From: Guillardia theta CCMP2712
Lineage: Eukaryota > Protista > Cryptophyta
Direction of reading: 5' to 3'
NCBI RefSeq assembly: GCF_000315625.1
Contig: NW_005434552.1
Span: 1-45,775 of the forward strand
Length of the DNA: 45,775 nt
The notes below the pieces were generated by a model that did no database searches, had not been told where the DNA came from, and saw nothing but the letters and a program-made list of their open reading frames with translations. This document shows, one piece after another, positions 41,348-45,775 of this stretch (position 1 is the stretch's first letter; each line of letters opens with the position of its first letter). The position numbers were made by a program, and so were the translations under genes.

Positions 41348-43438
41348 ACCCCAGCGTCTTCCGCGTGTCTGGTCATGGCGCTGACGACGGCCTCGATCGC
41401 TCCCGCCTGCATGGCCGGGAGCTTGTTCTGCTCGTGGCTCTCGGCTATCGCTGTCATCACCTCGCATAGACCTTGCTGTATCTTCGCGTTGCTGTGGTGC
41501 CTGGTCATGGCGCTGACGACGGCCTCGATCGCTTTCGCATCTCTCGCTGTGCCCTGGTATCGGAAGTACTGCATTGTGTACTTCAGGGCCTCACAAGCAG
41601 CCTGCTGTACTTTCAAGTCGTTCGCATAACTTGACATGGCGCTGACGACGGCCTCGATCGCTCCCGCCTCTCGTGCCCGCGCCTGGCTCTCATCCCTGAA
41701 GCTGATAGTGTTCTTCAGAGCCTCGCACGCAGCCTGCTGTACCCCCACGTCGTCTGCGTGCCTGGTCATGGCGCTGACGACGGCCTCGATCGCTCCCGCC
41801 TCTCGTGCCCGCGCCTGGCTCTCTTTGATGACACTGATGGTATGTCTCAGGGCCCAGCACGCAGCCTGCTGTACCCCCGCGTCGACTGCGTGCCTGGACA
41901 AGGCGCTGACGACGGCCTCGATCGCTCCCGCCTCTCGCGCCTGCACCTGGCTCTCGTCCCTGAAGCTGACAGTGAAGCGCAAGGCTTCGCACGCAGCCTG
42001 CTGTACCCCCGCGTCGTCCGTGTGCGTGGTCATGGCGCTGACGACGGCCTCGATCGCTCCCGCCTCTCGCGCCTTGAGCTTGTCAGCCTCCCCGTGCTGA
42101 GCCATGCTGACCAAGGCTTCGCACGCAGCCTGCTGTACCTCCGCGAGAGCCTCGTACGTCCTCATCTCCTGCATCACCGCCTCTATGCTGTCGTCAGCTC
42201 CCGTCCTCAGCAGCCTCCATGCCTCCCTTGCCGGCTGCTCCATCCCGACCGGCAGCGCCTGAGCTCCCGTCCTCAGCGAGCTGAGAGCGTCGCTGCCCGT
42301 GGACTCCAAGGCGATGCAAGCTGACTCTTGCAGCTCCACGAGCTCTGCGTACTTGCGCTTCCTGACTCTCCTCGCCACCGCCTCGATCCCTCCCCCCGCT
42401 GCCTCTCCGATCCTTCTCCATGCAGCTTCTGCCATGCTGCGTATGCCTCGGCATAGCGACTGGTTGCCGGCCCCTGCCCGCTGCTGTCCAGGCGTCCTGT
42501 CTGACCATGTCCATGCAGCAGCCCCCTCATCCTCCTCGGCTCCGGCTCTTCCTACAGCTACCGCAAGCTCGGCGAACCTCGGGCGGTCCTCCTCCCTCGT
42601 CGCCCAGCAGCTCTCCAGCAGGGCCCACAACCCGTCCGGGCACCCTCCGAGGAGGTGCTCTCGAGGCAGCCTCCCACCCCCGCACACGTACCCGATCACA
42701 GTCGGGTCCGTCATGGGGTAGTAGGGGGTCATGCCCGAGGTCAGGATCTCCCAGCACGTGACCCCGTAGGCCCACACGTCGCTCTTCTCCGAGCACCGGC
42801 CTCTCTGCATGGACTCTGGGGGCATGTAGCGCACCGGCAGCGCTCGCCCCGCTACCCTCCCGTCACTCCCGTCCACCAGCTCCCCTGCCCGCCCGTACCC
42901 CGCCACCTTCACCGACGTCCTCCCCACGTCCTCCTTGTCGAAGCCCATGACCAGCACGTGCCGAGCCGCGAGGTCCCGGTGCACGACCCGCTGCTCAGCC
43001 AGGTGCTCCATGCCCTGCGCGATCTGCTCCATCATCGCCATCTGGTGCCCTCGCGTCACCTGCCCCGCCAGCCTCCCCAGCAGAGCCTCTCTCAGCGACC
43101 CCAGCTCGGCGAGCTCGGTCAGCAGCAGGGGACAGCCGTCGGCGTCGTGGCTCTGCCCCATGTAGCGTACAAGCCGAGGATGCGGCCCGAGTCTGAGCAT
43201 GACCGCGGCTTGTCTGCCGCCGTCGTCTTGCCTGAGCTTGAGCACGGCTACCTTGATCTTGCCGGGCCCTGCTCTCTTTCCTTGCACGCGGAGGTGACCT
43301 ATGTAGAGGGTCTGGGAGGAGCCTGCTGAGATAGGCTGCCCCTCCATCTCCACGTCGTGCCTGGGGACGAGCAGCGCGTGTCGCTCCTGCCACTCCTGGA
43401 TGGCGCTGCGGAGAGCGAGGTTGGGGACAAGGTGGTCG
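41348..43438 (-). pseudogene. Middle part of the host U-box / tyrosine-kinase-like (pseudo)kinase / ARM-repeat gene
   Basis: The frame upstream of 43353 reads DHLVPNLALRSAIQEWQE (U-box C-terminus); kinase motifs HRDLAARHVLV, PVRYMPPE, SEKSDVWAYGVTCWEI; 42-aa ARM repeats. Cut by the LTR at 43439 and by viral DNA at 41347. Confidence 0.88.
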
Positions 43439-44073
43439 TGTCACACCTCGAAGATTCTCGAGTGGACCTTCAAGCGCAGTTCAATAAGAACTCACGTTGG
43501 ATTTCTCTACTAAGAGGGAAAGCGGTGAAACAGAAGGAGATCTAACTCTCTTTTATTTCTTTCACACACACACACAAAACAAGACAAGACGATACACACA
43601 AAGACGTCTCAACAATCGTGGCACACACACGAAAGGGGAAGAGGACCACCTAGCTCTGACGAGTTTCATCCTTTTATAGCTTCGAGGAATGAGCCAGGGG
43701 TGCCGTCTCTTGGCTACAGAAAGGAGGGGTGTCCTGTTCTTGGAAGTTGACAAGCATCCCTTCTGACCTTCGAGAGGATACCATGCTCTCTCGCAGGGAA
43801 GAGAACCCCGTCCTTGCATGGCAGCAAGCTGCTTCCAACGGGTCGTACTGCACAAGACGCACCCCTTCTGTTTACCTTGTAAGTCCCCCACGGGTACACG
43901 GTTGCTGCAACAAAGGCCTCCACAGGGGTCCTTTCAGCAGCTTCACACTGGAGTAGAGTATCCTGGGTCATCCAGGAGAAGTCAGCTTCGAACACGAGTA
44001 CGAGACAGCCAACTGTCCTTTCATCCTGATAGGCCTTTGTCTGACTCGGGCTCGGTTCCTATGAGCTCTGACA
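43439..44073 (-). repeat. 3' LTR (~635 bp; inner boundary inferred)
   Basis: TGTCA...TGACA terminal inverted repeat, preceded on the minus strand by purine-rich AGAGAAGAGCG (PPT-like); appears identical to the second copy over ~487 bp. Confidence 0.72.
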
Positions 44074-44183
44074 CGCTCTTCTCTGCGCTTTCTTGGAGTG
44101 CTCAGGACTCAGAAAACTTCGCTTTCTCAGCTTGTCAAATCTGTTTTTCCTCTGACACGCTCCAGGCGCAGCACGTAAAATGC

Positions 44184-44924
44184 CTAATTGAGAGGCGCAC
44201 GACGCTGCCGCTGCCGCTGTCCATGAGAAGAAGCAGAAGCATCTTGACGCGTGCGATGCTGTTCATATTGCTGAAGCAACTGACGGAGCGCCGGTGTACG
44301 CGAGAGATGGGCAACAGGTTCCCAAGTGTCGTCGGCGGAGGAAAATCCCTTCCAACGAACCAGATATTGCTTCGCACCATTACGTTGACGATGATTGATG
44401 ATGCGAGCCACTTCGTAGAATCCAGGTACAGGTTGGGAAACCACAGGCTGCTGCAAATGATCTTTCCTGCGCACATGGGGGCGTAGGAACTTGGCATTAA
44501 AAACATCTTGATCCATGCGAGGGAAGCGCTGGCGAACATCAACTCGATAATTGTTGTTGTTGCAAACCTCGGTGATAGGGAAAGGACCAAGGTATCGATC
44601 TCGAAATTTGCGAATTTCAAACTGCTGATTGAATAAACGCGCGTCGATCCAGACCAAATCACCAACTTGCCATCGAAGCGGGCGGCGAGAAGGAAGTAGA
44701 CGCGTCTCTGCTCGATTGGCGATCGAGGCCAAGGTATCTCGCACAAGGTTTTCACCTGCACGTATGTTGTCGACAGTCGTGCGGGCTTGAGGAAGAACCT
44801 GATCAAGGGTCAAATCCATAACTGAGCGCGGATTCTTGCCGTATTCCACTTGAAAGGCAGATAACCCTGTTTCACGACGGGGGGCATGATTGAGGGCAAA
44901 CTCAATGAATGGAAGATGGACTGG
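44184..44924 (-). pseudogene. Integrase C-terminal part + GPY/F motif + chromodomain
   Basis: HLPFIEFALN..TGLSAF, YLGPFPI, YEVARIINHR..QYLVRWKGFSSADDTWEP. Confidence 0.9.
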
Positions 44925-45151
44925 CGCTCCCAAGCCTGGACCGCCTCAGAAGAAGCAGGAGCTTCGAGAGCGTTCAACCGCTGCTGAACCTCCAGCAGCG
45001 CGGCAGACATGTTTTGGAGCGACCGATCCTCGGTCGATTCGGGACGAAGATCGTCGTCAATGCCGGCAGCAGATTGCCAGTCATGTTCCAAAGTATCCGT
45101 AGCATTCTCGTCCAGCATGCGAGCTGCGAGTCGAGTATTGTATCCGGACAT
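44925..45151 (-). pseudogene. gag N-terminal stub
   Basis: ATG ~90 bp after the PBS, MSGYNTR... with a short coiled coil; joined out of frame to integrase. Confidence 0.6.
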
Positions 45152-45240
45152 CTACGCGACGTAAGCGTAGGAAGAAGCAGAAGAACAGTGGAGAAAGGGA
45201 GGGGAAGAGAGAAGACTCGATCTCTGTCACCGATCACAAC

Positions 45241-45250
45241 CTTGCTACCA
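45241..45250 (-). promoter_or_regulatory. Putative primer-binding site TGGTAGCAAG
   Basis: 6 nt downstream of the 5' LTR ...GTGACA end; TGGTAGCA is complementary to an initiator-Met-type tRNA 3' end. Confidence 0.55.
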
Positions 45251-45256
45251 ATTTTA

Positions 45257-45775
45257 TGTCACACCTCGAAGATTCTCGAGTGGACCTTCAAGCGCAGTTC
45301 AATAAGAACTCACGTTGGATTTCTCTACTAAGAGGGAAAGCGGTGAAACAGAAGGAGATCTAACTCTCTTTTATTTCTTTCACACACACACACAAAACAA
45401 GACAAGACGATACACACAAAGACGTCTCAACAATCGTGGCACACACACGAAAGGGGAAGAGGACCACCTAGCTCTGACGAGTTTCATCCTTTTATAGCTT
45501 CGAGGAATGAGCCAGGGGTGCCGTCTCTTGGCTACAGAAAGGAGGGGTGTCCTGTTCTTGGAAGTTGACAAGCATCCCTTCTGACCTTCGAGAGGATACC
45601 ATGCTCTCTCGCAGGGAAGAGAACCCCGTCCTTGCATGGCAGCAAGCTGCTTCCAACGGGTCGTACTGCACAAGACGCACCCCTTCTGTTTACCTTGTAA
45701 GTCCCCCACGGGTACACGGTTGCTGCAACAAAGGCCTCCACAGGGGGTGCTTTCAAGAAGCTTAAACCTGGAATA
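45257..45775 (-). repeat. 5' LTR (partial, truncated by the window end)
   Basis: Copy of 43439-43955; the last ~30 nt are noisy. Confidence 0.9.

Larger units (their letters stand above)
43439..45775 (-). mobile_element. Internally deleted Ty3/gypsy chromovirus LTR retrotransposon (5' LTR runs off the window)
   Basis: Direct repeats starting TGTCACACC at 43439 and 45257 (offset 1818); PBS-like and PPT-like sites; gag stub plus integrase-chromodomain remnant. Confidence 0.92.

Noticed and set aside
39737-41467. 576-aa minus-strand ORF and other long overlapping ORFs in the viral block (33563-34993, 33520-34410, 32703-33512)
   Set aside because: Shadow frames caused by strong GC3 bias; the translations are not protein-like.
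45744-45775. LTR divergence at the window end as an age signal
   Set aside because: Mismatches are confined to the last ~30 nt and look like low-quality contig-end sequence.

Overview
Eukaryotic nuclear DNA from a GC-rich protist or alga. Short GT-AG introns with CTGAC branch points and the gene families suggest a cryptophyte such as Guillardia theta (inference). There are two 100-N gaps. From left to right: (1) 64-12563 is a tandem cluster of two intact two-exon genes encoding [Cys-rich N-terminus]-[coiled coil]-[R-S-ExE mono-ADP-ribosyltransferase]-[hypervariable 35-aa ankyrin array], plus an orphan headless ankyrin cassette; a decayed SNF2/RAD5-like fragment lies between the two genes. (2) 14619-27369 encodes a ~4,100-aa type-I membrane protein containing phage-structural-protein-like repeats. 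(3) A host U-box/pseudokinase/ARM gene (minus strand, 28099-43438) has been hit twice. A ~12.8-kb gene-dense endogenous viral fragment (28536-41347) sits inside its ARM repeats; it carries a mirusvirus-type (HK97) major capsid protein, a herpesvirus UL92-like Zn protein, a gene with a 47-nt spliceosomal intron and TATTTAA-like promoters. An internally deleted chromovirus LTR retrotransposon (43439 to window end) sits inside its U-box. All family assignments come from motif recognition by eye, not database searches.
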